Of a stretch of 64,000 nucleotides of DNA, positions 39,145 through 48,156 are shown in pieces. This stretch comes from an uncultured virus (IMG/VR IMGVR_UViG_3300010051_000510) (taxonomy: Duplodnaviria; Heunggongvirae; Uroviricota; Caudoviricetes). The notes beneath the pieces were generated by a model. That model was given only the letters and a program-made list of their open reading frames with translations. It was not told the DNA's origin and did no database searches. Where the stretch lies: the IMG/VR virus record IMGVR_UViG_3300010051_000510. One strand, 5' to 3'. Position 1 is the stretch's first letter. Every line of letters begins with the position of its first letter. The position numbers were made by a program, and so were the translations under genes.

Positions 39145-40082
39145 TGCCCGCGTCACCAACCGCGCTTTGACAGGACGTCTTTAGCGCCGTAGCCGCCTGC
39201 CCCGGCACGCCGGGGCTGCTGTCCGAAGCCGAGGAGTTGTGCGAACTTCGCCTGCTCGCTTCGGACGACCCGCAACTCCTCATCGAGCTGGACCAGGCCG
39301 AACGTGACCTGCTGACCCGCTGGGAGCAGAACTTGCTGAGCGGCGACCCCGCGTGGGAGGGAGACGCGATGTTGTGCGTGCGCGCCGGCGCCGGGGGCAC
39401 CGACGCTGAGGACTTCGCGCTCACCCTCATCTCCATGTACGAAAGCTACGCCCGCCGGCGACGGTGGAAGTTGGAAGAGCTGGAGCTGACCGCCGGCCGC
39501 GACAGCGGGGTGCGGTCCTGGACGGTCCGGGTGCGCGGGTACGGCGCCTACGGGCTGCTGGCGGGCGAGCACGGCTCCCATCGGGTCGCCCATCACTCCC
39601 GGTTCGGGGCTCGTGGGAAACGGCAGACCAGTCACGCCAGCGTCGAAGTGCTGCCCTGGCGCGATGAGCAGGCCGGTGTGATCGACGACACGGACGTGCG
39701 ACTGGACACCTACGCCGGCTCCTCCAAGGGCGGCCAGCACGCCAACAAGTCCCACACCAACGTGCGAGCGGTGCATGTGCCGTCGGGGATCAGCGCGGTC
39801 AGTCAAGGCCGGTCGTTGGAGCAGAATCGCCGCAACGCGCTCGCCGTCCTCCAGGCGCGGGTGATGGCGGCCGGCAAGGCGAAGGTGGCGGCGGGCCGCA
39901 GCGAGCAGACTGTCAGTGCCGGATTCGGCGGGCGGGTGCGCTCCTACGTGTTCACCCCGTATCAGATCGTCAGCGACGAGCGGGCGGGCGTGAAGACCCG
40001 CAAGCTGGCCAGCATCCTGGACGGGGATCTCGATCAGCTGACCAGGCCGCTGCTGGCCTGGCGGGCCAGGCAGGCCGCGTAA
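39122..40082 (+). CDS. prfB: Class I peptide chain release factor, RF2-like, expressed via a predicted +1 frameshift at CTT-TAG (about 319 aa)
   Basis: RAGAGGTDAEDF, GEHGSHR..SRF..RQTS, GGQHANK, RSYVFTPYQ.V.D.R, LDGDLD. ORF0 39122-39184 (20 aa, TAG) joins the +1 frame 39183-40082. Confidence 0.85.
39172..39185 (+). promoter_or_regulatory. prfB-type programmed +1 frameshift cassette with amber stop
   Basis: AGGA (SD-like) - CGT - CTT - TAG - C. Same geometry as canonical SD-NNN-CTT-TGA-C. Confidence 0.75.
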
Positions 40083-40147
40083 GCCGGTGCGGGAAGGGGA
40101 GGGCCGTCATCCGGGTGGCGGCCCTCCCGGGTGTCGGCGCCGCGCTG

Positions 40148-40831
40148 TCAGTTGATGGGGACGGTGCCTTGGACGCGGCGGGCGATCAGCTTCAGCTCGT
40201 TGTTCCATTGCCGCGCCCATTTCGCCTGACGTTTGCGCCGGCCCGTTTCGAGCTTCTGCAGTTGCTGGCCGACCAGGGCGATCTGCGGCTGGCGGCCTTC
40301 GCTGATCAGCTTCTCCACCCAGTCAGGCGGGGACATGTTCCCGCGGCGGCTGTTGCAGGCGCGGCAGGCGGCCAGCAGGTTGTCGGGATGATCGCCGCCG
40401 CCGCGGGAGCGGGGGACCAGATGCTCGAAGCTGGTCTCCGCGTGCTTGAGCCCAAGCTCGCGGCGGCACCAGACGCAACGGCCGTGGCTGCGTTCCAGCA
40501 ACGGCGCGAGCTTGGCCATGCGGAACATGGTCGGGTCGTTGAAGCGGATCGCCTCCTGCACGTTGTACAGCTCGCTCTTGGCGCGCGGCAGATCCAACGC
40601 GACCATCTGCTCCAGCCGGCTGACGATCAGTTCCTTGTCAGGGGTGCGCTCCGGGCGGTGCAGGCAGTCAGCCAGCCACGGGCCCGCGTGACTGGCGCCA
40701 CGCAACCCGCGGCAGGCCAGGCAGCATGCGATGACGTTCAGCGGATGGTCCAGCACTTTCTCCCCGGGCTTCGGGTAGATCAGCCAGCCGCTGACGACGC
40801 CGAGCGTATCTGAGCACCACACGCACTTCAC
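40148..40831 (-). CDS. Tandem HNH endonuclease (first copy degenerate)
   Basis: CVWC..NVIACCLAC, then CVWC..EHLVPRSRGG..NLLAACRACNSRRG. CAAGGT-6nt-GTG. Confidence 0.8.
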   Translation of the reverse strand: MKCVWCSDTLGVVSGWLIYPKPGEKVLDHPLNVIACCLACRGLRGASHAGPWLADCLHRPERTPDKELIVSRLEQMVALDLPRAKSELYNVQEAIRFNDPTMFRMAKLAPLLERSHGRCVWCRRELGLKHAETSFEHLVPRSRGGGDHPDNLLAACRACNSRRGNMSPPDWVEKLISEGRQPQIALVGQQLQKLETGRRKRQAKWARQWNNELKLIARRVQGTVPIN

Positions 40832-40921
40832 GGTGCAACCTTGCCGCAGCGCAGCCCGCTTGGACGGCGGTTGCGGCGATCCCGGCGCCGGAAACCTGCA
40901 GGTGAAGGGTAGGTTGACCGC

Positions 40922-41263
40922 GTGAGCTTGGAGTCTGACGCCGACAAGATGGAACGGACCGCTGACGAGCTGTTGCTGCTGGACCGCTGCCTGGACGCGA
41001 TGCGCGCCCTCGCCGACAACCCCAGTGAGGACAACGACTGGGAGTGCGTGCGCGCGTCGGATCTCAACGCGCTGCGTGACATCCTCGACGCGCACGACGG
41101 CGAGCAGCAGCCGGTGACCGTCGGTCAGCGCAACGGGTCGCTTCTGGACGCCCGGGAGATGATGGCCGCCGCCGACACAGCCATCGTCAGCGAACGCTAC
41201 GGCGACGCGGCCGCGCAGCTGCGCCGGGCAGCCCGGGCGTTGGATCGCGCCGCCCGCGCCTGA
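40922..41263 (+). CDS. Hypothetical protein
   Basis: TAGGTT-6nt-GTG. Confidence 0.65.
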   Translation: MSLESDADKMERTADELLLLDRCLDAMRALADNPSEDNDWECVRASDLNALRDILDAHDGEQQPVTVGQRNGSLLDAREMMAAADTAIVSERYGDAAAQLRRAARALDRAARA

Positions 41264-41303
41264 CCGCCACCCCCGCCGGCCGGGTTGCGGATACGTTGAC
41301 GGT

Positions 41304-41708
41304 ATGAGCACCAAGGGCCTGGCCACCGATCTGCGCAGCGACACCGGCGGGATCGTCTGGGGGCTGCGCGCGTTCGACGGCCCGAACATCATCGCCGCCA
41401 GCAGCAACGGGCGGCGGCTGTTCAGCCGCGACCACTGGGCTGCGCTTACGCCCGTCCCCGCCGGAGAGCATCACCTGTTCCCATACGCCACCGGCGCTGA
41501 GACGTCCAGCGCCGACCCGTCGCACCGGCGGACGAAGGATCTGCGCGTCGAGGTGCGCGAGCACACCAACCCGACGCTGCCGTCGGTCTGGCAGGTGCTT
41601 GTCGAGCATCCCGACCGCTGGCAGGACGCCGGTATGTTCGACAACGAGGACGACGCCGTCCAGGTCGCTGACCGGCTGCGCGCCGAACGCGCAGAAGGCG
41701 TCCTCTAA
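41304..41708 (+). CDS. Hypothetical protein
   Basis: GCGGA-TACGTT-6nt-ATG. Confidence 0.7.
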   Translation: MSTKGLATDLRSDTGGIVWGLRAFDGPNIIAASSNGRRLFSRDHWAALTPVPAGEHHLFPYATGAETSSADPSHRRTKDLRVEVREHTNPTLPSVWQVLVEHPDRWQDAGMFDNEDDAVQVADRLRAERAEGVL

Positions 41709-41728
41709 GAGCCCGCGACGCCCGGCGA

Positions 41729-42685
41729 ATGTTCGACCGAGCACGAAGCCCGCTCACCCGCCGAGACGACCGCGCCGATACCCGACGCATCAACCGCCGC
41801 GCCCGGACATCCCAACCGACGCGTCGCTGGCGCCGGCTCGCGCTCGTGCTCGGGGTGGCGTCTGTCGCCGCGGCCGCGACGCCCGGCCCCGCGCTCGCTG
41901 ACGACCCGCAGCTGGACCGTCAGGAACGCTGGGTGCTGGGAGCGATCAACGAGTACCGCGCCCAGGCGGGCGCCCCACCAGTGCAGTCATCCTCAACGCT
42001 CAGTCAGGTCGCCTCGCAGTACGCGCAGCTGATCGCTGACATGAACGTGCCGATCGGCCATGATCTCGACGGCACATCCACGACCCGCGCAGCCCGCGCC
42101 GACTGGGTGGGCCCGGCGGCGGAGATCATCGCTGATGCGCCCGCAAGCCGCGCCGCTCGTACCTGGTATCTCAGTGATCCCCATCGCGCGGCTATGCTCG
42201 GATCATGGCCGACAGTCGTGGGGCTGGGAAGCGACCGCGACCATCGATACTGGGTCGCGATGTTCAGCGACTGCACGCGGGTCAGCGCCGAGATCTGTGC
42301 CGCCACTGGCGACATCGGAGACGCCACCGGCGACATCCTCCGCTGGCAGGCAGAGGAAGCGATGCGCGACCTCCCGTCCGGCCCGCCTCCCGACCCCGCC
42401 GTCAAGACACCGCGCATGTCGATGCGGGCGCGTCTGCACGGCCGGACGATCACCGTGTCGGTCACCACCCCAGGAGCCGCCCAGGGAACCGTGAGGGCCG
42501 GCGTGACGACTGCGACCGCGAAGCGGCCGGCGCGCCGCGTGAAGACCAGTCGGCGCGGCGGGCAGGTCATCAGCACCTACCGGGTCCGCGCGCGCCTGCC
42601 GGGGCAGTACATGGTCTGGGCGTCCTTCACCGGGCGGGGCGGCTGGGGTGACCGGCAGCTGCAACGCTGGTACGACATCCGCTGA
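41729..42685 (+). CDS. Secreted CAP (SCP/PR-1) domain protein
   Basis: INEYRAQAG..L..VA..GHD..AEII..WYLSDPHRAAML..VGLG..YWV. Confidence 0.8.
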   Translation: MFDRARSPLTRRDDRADTRRINRRARTSQPTRRWRRLALVLGVASVAAAATPGPALADDPQLDRQERWVLGAINEYRAQAGAPPVQSSSTLSQVASQYAQLIADMNVPIGHDLDGTSTTRAARADWVGPAAEIIADAPASRAARTWYLSDPHRAAMLGSWPTVVGLGSDRDHRYWVAMFSDCTRVSAEICAATGDIGDATGDILRWQAEEAMRDLPSGPPPDPAVKTPRMSMRARLHGRTITVSVTTPGAAQGTVRAGVTTATAKRPARRVKTSRRGGQVISTYRVRARLPGQYMVWASFTGRGGWGDRQLQRWYDIR

Positions 42686-42704
42686 AGACCCCATGGGAAA
42701 CACG

Positions 42705-42728
42705 AAGCCCCGCGTTGCTGCGGGGCTT
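42705..42728. terminator. Hairpin between convergent genes
   Basis: AAGCCCCGC / GCGGGGCTT inverted repeat. Confidence 0.65.
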
Positions 42729-42760
42729 AGCGCTGTTGGGTTGTGGCTTGTTCTGGCTGG

Positions 42761-42916
42761 CTAGCGGCTCAGGTCCGCCACGTCTTTCTCCGGGGCTGTC
42801 TGCTCCCACTCTGCGGGAGTGCGCCCTTCCGACTGGGTGAGGTCGGGACGGTGGTGCTGTACCCGCCGCTGCCAGGACTCTGGGATGAGACGGGATATCA
42901 GAGGGGCCAGGTGCAT
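42761..42916 (-). CDS. Small protein (51 aa)
   Basis: SD AAGGAG upstream of ATG 42916. Followed by the hairpin. Confidence 0.5.
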   Translation of the reverse strand: MHLAPLISRLIPESWQRRVQHHRPDLTQSEGRTPAEWEQTAPEKDVADLSR

Positions 42917-43151
42917 GGTTTGAGATCTCTCCTTGACCTCGTGATGCCAGCCGCCCGCAACTTCCAAACCACAACTTCGGCTGCGGCTCGCGCTGCGAGT
43001 TCCCTGTACGCTCGCAAGCTGAGCAGGGCGTGGGCAGAATCAGGGTATGAGCGTCATCCATGAGCCTTGGGTGCTGATCTTCGCGCTCGTCGCGGTGATC
43101 GTCATCTACCAGTCGCTGATCAGCGAAAGCTGACACGGATAACGTGCTTGC

Positions 43152-43421
43152 ATGACACGCAAGCATTGGACTCCTGACGAGCAGGGGATGGTTCGGCTCA
43201 GCCGCTGCGGCGAGCCGGTGATGGTGTCGGTGAAGCGTCTGGACGCGATCGCCGCCGGGCACGTGACCCACGACTTCTACATGGAATGGGCGGCGGCGAA
43301 GGACCTGCCGCTAGATCCCAACTACTCCAGCCAGGGCGGCAAGACCGGCCAGGTCCGCACCCCCCGCAGGCGCTCCGCGCCGCCCGAGCCGGTCGCCGAC
43401 GCTCAGCTCGCGCTGATCTAG
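43152..43421 (+). CDS. Hypothetical protein
   Basis: CGGA-TAACGT-6nt-ATG. Confidence 0.65.
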   Translation: MTRKHWTPDEQGMVRLSRCGEPVMVSVKRLDAIAAGHVTHDFYMEWAAAKDLPLDPNYSSQGGKTGQVRTPRRRSAPPEPVADAQLALI

Positions 43422-43927
43422 CCGTCCGGGTCCTCGTCCGGCGACCACAGGCTGGCAGCCGAACGACGCGCCGTGATCAGGTTGCGATAGGGACCCCACG
43501 CACCGCCGGCGATCTCGATCATCCACCCGGCTTTGTCGCGGCGCAGCAGGCCGGGTCCGTCGAACGGCGCGCCGGGACAGTCGAACGCCCATCCGTCCGG
43601 GTGGCGTTCGATCGCGACCGGCTCAGGCAGCCACCCGTCTCCGCCGTCCAGGTCGACCGCGACGTCCAACGCTGCGAGCGCGTGCCGGCGCGACGGGAAC
43701 GCCGCATGAAGCAGACGGTGACGTCCCAACAGCCGCGCCGCCGCAGGGTCGTTGGCGATCAGCGCCCAGCCGTGATCGCCGGCGCCTTCGCTGCTGGCAT
43801 GGCCCCAGCGGCCGAGGTCGATGACGGTGATCTGCAACGGCACGCCGTCCCAGCAGATCGCCCAGCAGCCGGCGGTGGACTCGTCGAAGGTCCGGCGGAC
43901 CGTCAGCTTCCCGCTGATGGAAGGCAC
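43418..43927 (-). CDS. Paralog family A protein (divergent)
   Basis: WAICWDGVPL..GWAL..LLHAAFPSRRHALAALDVAV. TACGTT-5nt-GTG. Confidence 0.65.
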   Translation of the reverse strand: MPSISGKLTVRRTFDESTAGCWAICWDGVPLQITVIDLGRWGHASSEGAGDHGWALIANDPAAARLLGRHRLLHAAFPSRRHALAALDVAVDLDGGDGWLPEPVAIERHPDGWAFDCPGAPFDGPGLLRRDKAGWMIEIAGGAWGPYRNLITARRSAASLWSPDEDPDG

Positions 43928-43960
43928 ACATGAACGTACCCGCCGAGCGGGCGGGCGCGG

Positions 43961-44590
43961 TCAGAGGCGGGTGGCGGCGGCGAAGTCCGCGGCCGCATCC
44001 ACGTGCGTCTGCGGGACGTCATGGCGCTTCTTGAAGCGCTCGGCGATCTCCTTGGCGTCCAGGCCGGTGGCCAGGACCGCGTTCAGGAAGTCCTCGCCGG
44101 CGTCGATCATCCGCTCCAGCGCGTGGGCGGCCTGCTCGATCAGCTCATCCGCCGGGTCAGGCCCGGCCGGCGTCGCCGCGCCTGGGGTGAGCGGGATGGT
44201 GGTACCTCCGATGCTGATCGCTGTGGCGCCGGTTCCGCTGAGCAGGCTGCCGATCGCGCCGGTCAGGGACGCGGTCAGGGCCGATTCCTCAGCGGCGGCC
44301 GCGGCCTTGTCGGCGCGGCGGGCCTTGCGGACGTCAGCCTTGCTGTCGAACAGCTCCAGCGTGTAGCGGCCGTCGTTGCCGTCCAGGCAGAAGGTTCCGT
44401 CGTCCTCCTCTCTGACCTCCCATCGGCTGGCGAACCCGTCGATCCAGATCATGCCCTTGTCCAGGCGCAGGATGGTGGGCCCGTCGAACAGCACGTCGGT
44501 GCCGCCCTTGTAGTCCCAGCGCAGCTCGACGCGGCCGTACACCTTCGCGCCGTCCCCGCGGCGTCGCAGCTCCTTCGGTTGCAGTCTCAC
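43961..44590 (-). CDS. Hypothetical protein
   Basis: GTGA overlap with the upstream gene. Coding-like. Confidence 0.65.
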   Translation of the reverse strand: MRLQPKELRRRGDGAKVYGRVELRWDYKGGTDVLFDGPTILRLDKGMIWIDGFASRWEVREEDDGTFCLDGNDGRYTLELFDSKADVRKARRADKAAAAAEESALTASLTGAIGSLLSGTGATAISIGGTTIPLTPGAATPAGPDPADELIEQAAHALERMIDAGEDFLNAVLATGLDAKEIAERFKKRHDVPQTHVDAAADFAAATRL

Positions 44591-44958
44591 GGCCTCGCCT
44601 CGCAGACGCGGGTGAGGCCGGCAGCGATCTGGCAGGTGATGCGGACCGCCAGCTCGTAGGCGTCCAGCTGATCAGGGGCGACGGCGTTACCGTCGGCCGG
44701 GACGACAGCGCCCAGGCGGTCGGCGTCACGCCAGCGCGTCCATGACAGCCGGCCGACCTCACGGTCGCCGACGCTGACGGTCGCTTCGCCGCCGCCGGCG
44801 TCGTAGGCGACGACGCGGACGCGGACGCCCGCACCGGTGATCACGGTCTCATCGGCGCCGTCCAGCCGGTTGCGGGCGCGGGACATGTCCTTGTAGTTGG
44901 TGCGCTCGCCGAGCACGCCGGTGGCGCAGCGGACCGCGATCTCGCCGGGGCTGATCAT
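44587..44958 (-). CDS. Hypothetical protein
   Basis: Overlapping stop/start with both neighbours. Confidence 0.6.
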   Translation of the reverse strand: MISPGEIAVRCATGVLGERTNYKDMSRARNRLDGADETVITGAGVRVRVVAYDAGGGEATVSVGDREVGRLSWTRWRDADRLGAVVPADGNAVAPDQLDAYELAVRITCQIAAGLTRVCEARP

Positions 44959-45383
44959 CAGCCGCGTCCTTGGGAGTTGCGGATCTCACGCAGCAGCCGG
45001 CGGTTGTCGCCAATCAGCCGGATCGTCTTGACCGCCAGCACGAAGGTCGCGGCTGCGAACAGTCCGATGATCGCCCACACGACGGTCTGGCCGCCCGGCA
45101 CGGTCGGGCGCACCCCGAACGCGCCCAGCAGCACCGGCGCCGCGGTGCCAGCCGCGGTCAGCCCGGCGAACACCCGCGGGTAGGCCGCCGGGCGGCGGCT
45201 GGCGACGCGGAACCCCACCAGGCAAGCTGCGATGTAGGCGGCGATGAGCAGCCAGCAGAGCAGGTTGGCGGTGGAATCAGCGTCCACCTGGCGCGGGTCG
45301 AAGATCCACGTGCAGACCAGCGACGACAGGCCCGGGGCCATCAGCAGCAGCGGCGCCAGCGACCGCAGACGATCCTTGGTCAT
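44958..45383 (-). CDS. Membrane protein (about 4 TM)
   Basis: TACGTT-5nt-ATG. Hydrophobic segments. Confidence 0.7.
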   Translation of the reverse strand: MTKDRLRSLAPLLLMAPGLSSLVCTWIFDPRQVDADSTANLLCWLLIAAYIAACLVGFRVASRRPAAYPRVFAGLTAAGTAAPVLLGAFGVRPTVPGGQTVVWAIIGLFAAATFVLAVKTIRLIGDNRRLLREIRNSQGRG

Positions 45384-45403
45384 GGTCGAACGTACCTTCC
45401 AGG

Positions 45404-45781
45404 TCAGCGGCCGGCCTGGCCGCTGCCGCCGCGGGATGGGACGAAGAAGTATGCGGCGAAGATCAAGAAGATCGCCAGCGGCAGCAGCAGGATCGTCAGG
45501 TCTCCGCCGGGGATCTCGACCCGCGGGACACGCAGCGCGTAGATCACCGGGACCGCGACGGTCACCACGGCGGCGAAGCCGTACAGCACCTTGTCGCCGA
45601 AGCGGTACGGCAGGACACCGCAGGCGGTGATGACCAGAGCGATCACTGCCAGCTCGACGATGTTGGTGATCGAGCCGGCGTCGCCGTGGGGGAGAGCCCC
45701 GAAGATCTTGCCGGAGATGACCGCGGCGATCACCGGAATGAAGAACAGCGCGCAGCGCGCCGCCGAAGAGAACGTGGACAT
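45404..45781 (-). CDS. Membrane protein (about 4 TM)
   Basis: GCGGA-TAACGT-6nt-ATG. Confidence 0.75.
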   Translation of the reverse strand: MSTFSSAARCALFFIPVIAAVISGKIFGALPHGDAGSITNIVELAVIALVITACGVLPYRFGDKVLYGFAAVVTVAVPVIYALRVPRVEIPGGDLTILLLPLAIFLIFAAYFFVPSRGGSGQAGR

Positions 45782-45838
45782 GTGAGCACGTTATCCGCTG
45801 CGGTTGAGGTTCGAGCAGGCCGGGTGCATGATCAGAAC

Positions 45839-46771
45839 GTGGGCAAAGGCGACGACCCCAACAGCTGCCCGGGCGGCGCGATCGCGATGATCGCCCCGGA
45901 CGCCCAACCAGCCGCTGCTTCGCCGTGCCGGCGAGCCACCCAACCTCACCCACAACAGCAGCTGCTGGACACCATGCAGCAGCTGGCCGACCATCCGCTG
46001 GCGGAGCGGGAGCCGGCGCCCGACGAGCAGGCGTTCCGCGACGCGCATCTGTTCAGTTTCGGCGGACTCGGCGTGATCCCCGACCCCGAAGAGTTCCCCC
46101 ACGGCCACCAGTTCTACGGGGCGATCGTCGACGAGCGCGGCGACAAGGTCGGCTACACCGAAAGCGTGCTGACCTGGGGGCCCGACAACCGGCTCGTCGC
46201 AGCCGGGGAGCGGCTGCGGATCCGGGAGGAGACCGGCCGTCAAGGAGGCGGGTTCGGCCGCGCCTACCAGCAGCATCTGCGCGAGCGCTACCTGAACATG
46301 GGCATCCACCGCAAGCGGATCTGCGCGATCGAGCATGGCGCCTACGTGTGGGCGACCCCCGACACCATCTTCGACCCGGCCCAGCCGGTCGCACCTCGCC
46401 TGGACGACGACGATCCGCGCGTCAGGGACATCCAGTGGCGAGGGGCCGCCTACGCCAGCCAACTGTGGCACGAGTTCGACTGGCGGCTGGACCGCGCCGA
46501 ACGGGACGGACTCGCGCCCGAAGGCACCTACGCCGCGGTCAAACGCCGTTTTGCCACCCGCAAGGACCTCGAACACCCGACCCGCTGGAAGACGAAAGCG
46601 GCAACGCCGTGGGAGATTCTGCAGATCGGCCGCGACCAGACGTTCCTGGACGGCGACGGCCGCGAAAGCTGGCCGGGCAAGTACTTCCTGGTCGCCGAGA
46701 TGAGCCGCCTCTACGAGGACGGCTGCGCCGGGAGAGGCATGGTCTGGCAGGGCGTGCGGCTGCTCGGGTGA
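45839..46771 (+). CDS. GNAT-like protein with N-terminal MGKGDDPNSC peptide
   Basis: RQGGGFG acetyl-CoA-loop-like motif and GAYVWA. CATGAT-6nt-GTG. Confidence 0.6.
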   Translation: MGKGDDPNSCPGGAIAMIAPDAQPAAASPCRRATQPHPQQQLLDTMQQLADHPLAEREPAPDEQAFRDAHLFSFGGLGVIPDPEEFPHGHQFYGAIVDERGDKVGYTESVLTWGPDNRLVAAGERLRIREETGRQGGGFGRAYQQHLRERYLNMGIHRKRICAIEHGAYVWATPDTIFDPAQPVAPRLDDDDPRVRDIQWRGAAYASQLWHEFDWRLDRAERDGLAPEGTYAAVKRRFATRKDLEHPTRWKTKAATPWEILQIGRDQTFLDGDGRESWPGKYFLVAEMSRLYEDGCAGRGMVWQGVRLLG

Positions 46772-46980
46772 GAACTTCGCTTACCGCGGAGCGCCGGCAG
46801 ACTGGGCTTCGTGCGTATTTGAGTGATGCATCTTGCAGCGCGGACACCAGTGCAACGTGCCGTCGCAGCAGGTCCCGTCACAGCTCCGAGACGGAGTGAA
46901 GCAGACCGGGCAGCGGTCATCCCTCAGTCTCAACACGCGGCAGGCCAGCAAGACACGACAGGCGACCCTGCGGAGCGTCG

Positions 46981-47274
46981 TCACACCAGCCCCGCTTCGA
47001 CCGCGGCGATCGTGCAGATCCCGCAGTGGCGGCTCGTCCGCTTGCGCAGCCGTCTGCGGGTGTCACGGCGCACCGGGGGATCCGACCCGATCAGCGAGCA
47101 GGCCGACAGCACCAGCAGGCTAGGCCCCTGCTTTATCAGCACAAACATGTGCAGCGTCTCCCCGGGCGTGTACTCGCCATCGTCAGCGCACTCGTACGCC
47201 CGCTCCCACAAAGGAAACACGCCCGGCTGATCTGCCATGGCGTCCAACGCGGACTGTGGGAACGTCACCGTCAT
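46981..47274 (-). CDS. Small hypothetical protein
   Basis: CAGA-TAGGTT-6nt-ATG. Confidence 0.6.
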   Translation of the reverse strand: MTVTFPQSALDAMADQPGVFPLWERAYECADDGEYTPGETLHMFVLIKQGPSLLVLSACSLIGSDPPVRRDTRRRLRKRTSRHCGICTIAAVEAGLV

Positions 47275-47280
47275 GATCGC

Positions 47281-47314
47281 AACCTATCTGGCAGGAAGCA
47301 CATGCGGATAGGTT
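47281..47314. promoter_or_regulatory. Back-to-back -10 boxes (TAGGTT on both strands)
   Basis: AACCTA at 47281-47286 and TAGGTT at 47309-47314, each 6 nt from an ATG. Confidence 0.7.
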
Positions 47315-47320
47315 AGGCGT

Positions 47321-48145
47321 ATGAGCTTGATCGGGAGAGCGAAGGCGAACGCCGGATACCTCAAAGACGCCGCTGCGACGACCCGCCGCGCCAGCAAGCA
47401 GCTGGAGCGTGGGGATGTCGGCCAGTGGGATGTGCAGCTGCGCCTGAACATGCCTGACGCGCGAAGCGAGGCGATTCTCTCAAACCTCGAAGCGGCCACG
47501 AAGATCAAGCGGGACCCCAACCCCCGCCACGACGACACGCTGCGCCTCAAAGCCGTGATCGTGCGGACCTCCATGGCAGGCGCGGCGAAGATGGCCGTCG
47601 TCGATTTCACCAACATGCTCCGAGACGCCGGCGTCAGCGACGGTGAGCTGGAAGAGGACATGATCCTCGAAGTCAGCCCCGCCGCCAACCCGATCGACCT
47701 GCCCGCCCCCAAAGGCGCCCGTCAGCGGATCGGCTCCAAGATCCAACAGCTCGGACATGGCGCCAGCGTCGCCCGCGCGGACCTGCTGAACATCGCCGCG
47801 CATCACGCCGTCGGATCCAGGACGTTTGAGGCTGACCTGATCGTCTGCGGCATCCCCGCCGACCGCGAAGACCGCTACCGCCAGCTGGCTGAGGAGATCC
47901 TCGGCGGCGCCCAACCTCTCGGCGATGACCAGTACGGCACTCGCGGCCAGCAGATGCGCATCACCACCGAGAACGTCGCCAACAGCCTCGGAGCGATGCT
48001 GCTGGTGCTCGGGCGCACCGAGCCGCTGCTGCAGCTCGCCGGGCCCACCGGACGGCTCGTGGTCGCCTGCGGCTGGCCGGAAGCCGACGATGACGGCGAC
48101 GAGCCGGTCATCGTTCCCATCCGACGCGGCGTCACCCAACGCTAA
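47321..48145 (+). CDS. Hypothetical protein
   Basis: GCGGA-TAGGTT-6nt-ATG. Confidence 0.75.
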   Translation: MSLIGRAKANAGYLKDAAATTRRASKQLERGDVGQWDVQLRLNMPDARSEAILSNLEAATKIKRDPNPRHDDTLRLKAVIVRTSMAGAAKMAVVDFTNMLRDAGVSDGELEEDMILEVSPAANPIDLPAPKGARQRIGSKIQQLGHGASVARADLLNIAAHHAVGSRTFEADLIVCGIPADREDRYRQLAEEILGGAQPLGDDQYGTRGQQMRITTENVANSLGAMLLVLGRTEPLLQLAGPTGRLVVACGWPEADDDGDEPVIVPIRRGVTQR

Positions 48146-48156
48146 GGTCGCTCGCA

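Noticed and set aside
39237..40082. PrfH or ArfB call, or a TTG start at 39237
   Set aside because: The protein has the RF2-type GAGGT region and RSYV..PYQ/LDGDLD C-terminus, there is no adjacent rtcB, and the upstream frameshift cassette gives a better start. A TTG start cannot be fully excluded.
42690..43030. tRNA or other ncRNA in the atypical intergenic stretch
   Set aside because: No cloverleaf or T-loop consensus. It is better explained by a small SD-led ORF and a terminator hairpin.
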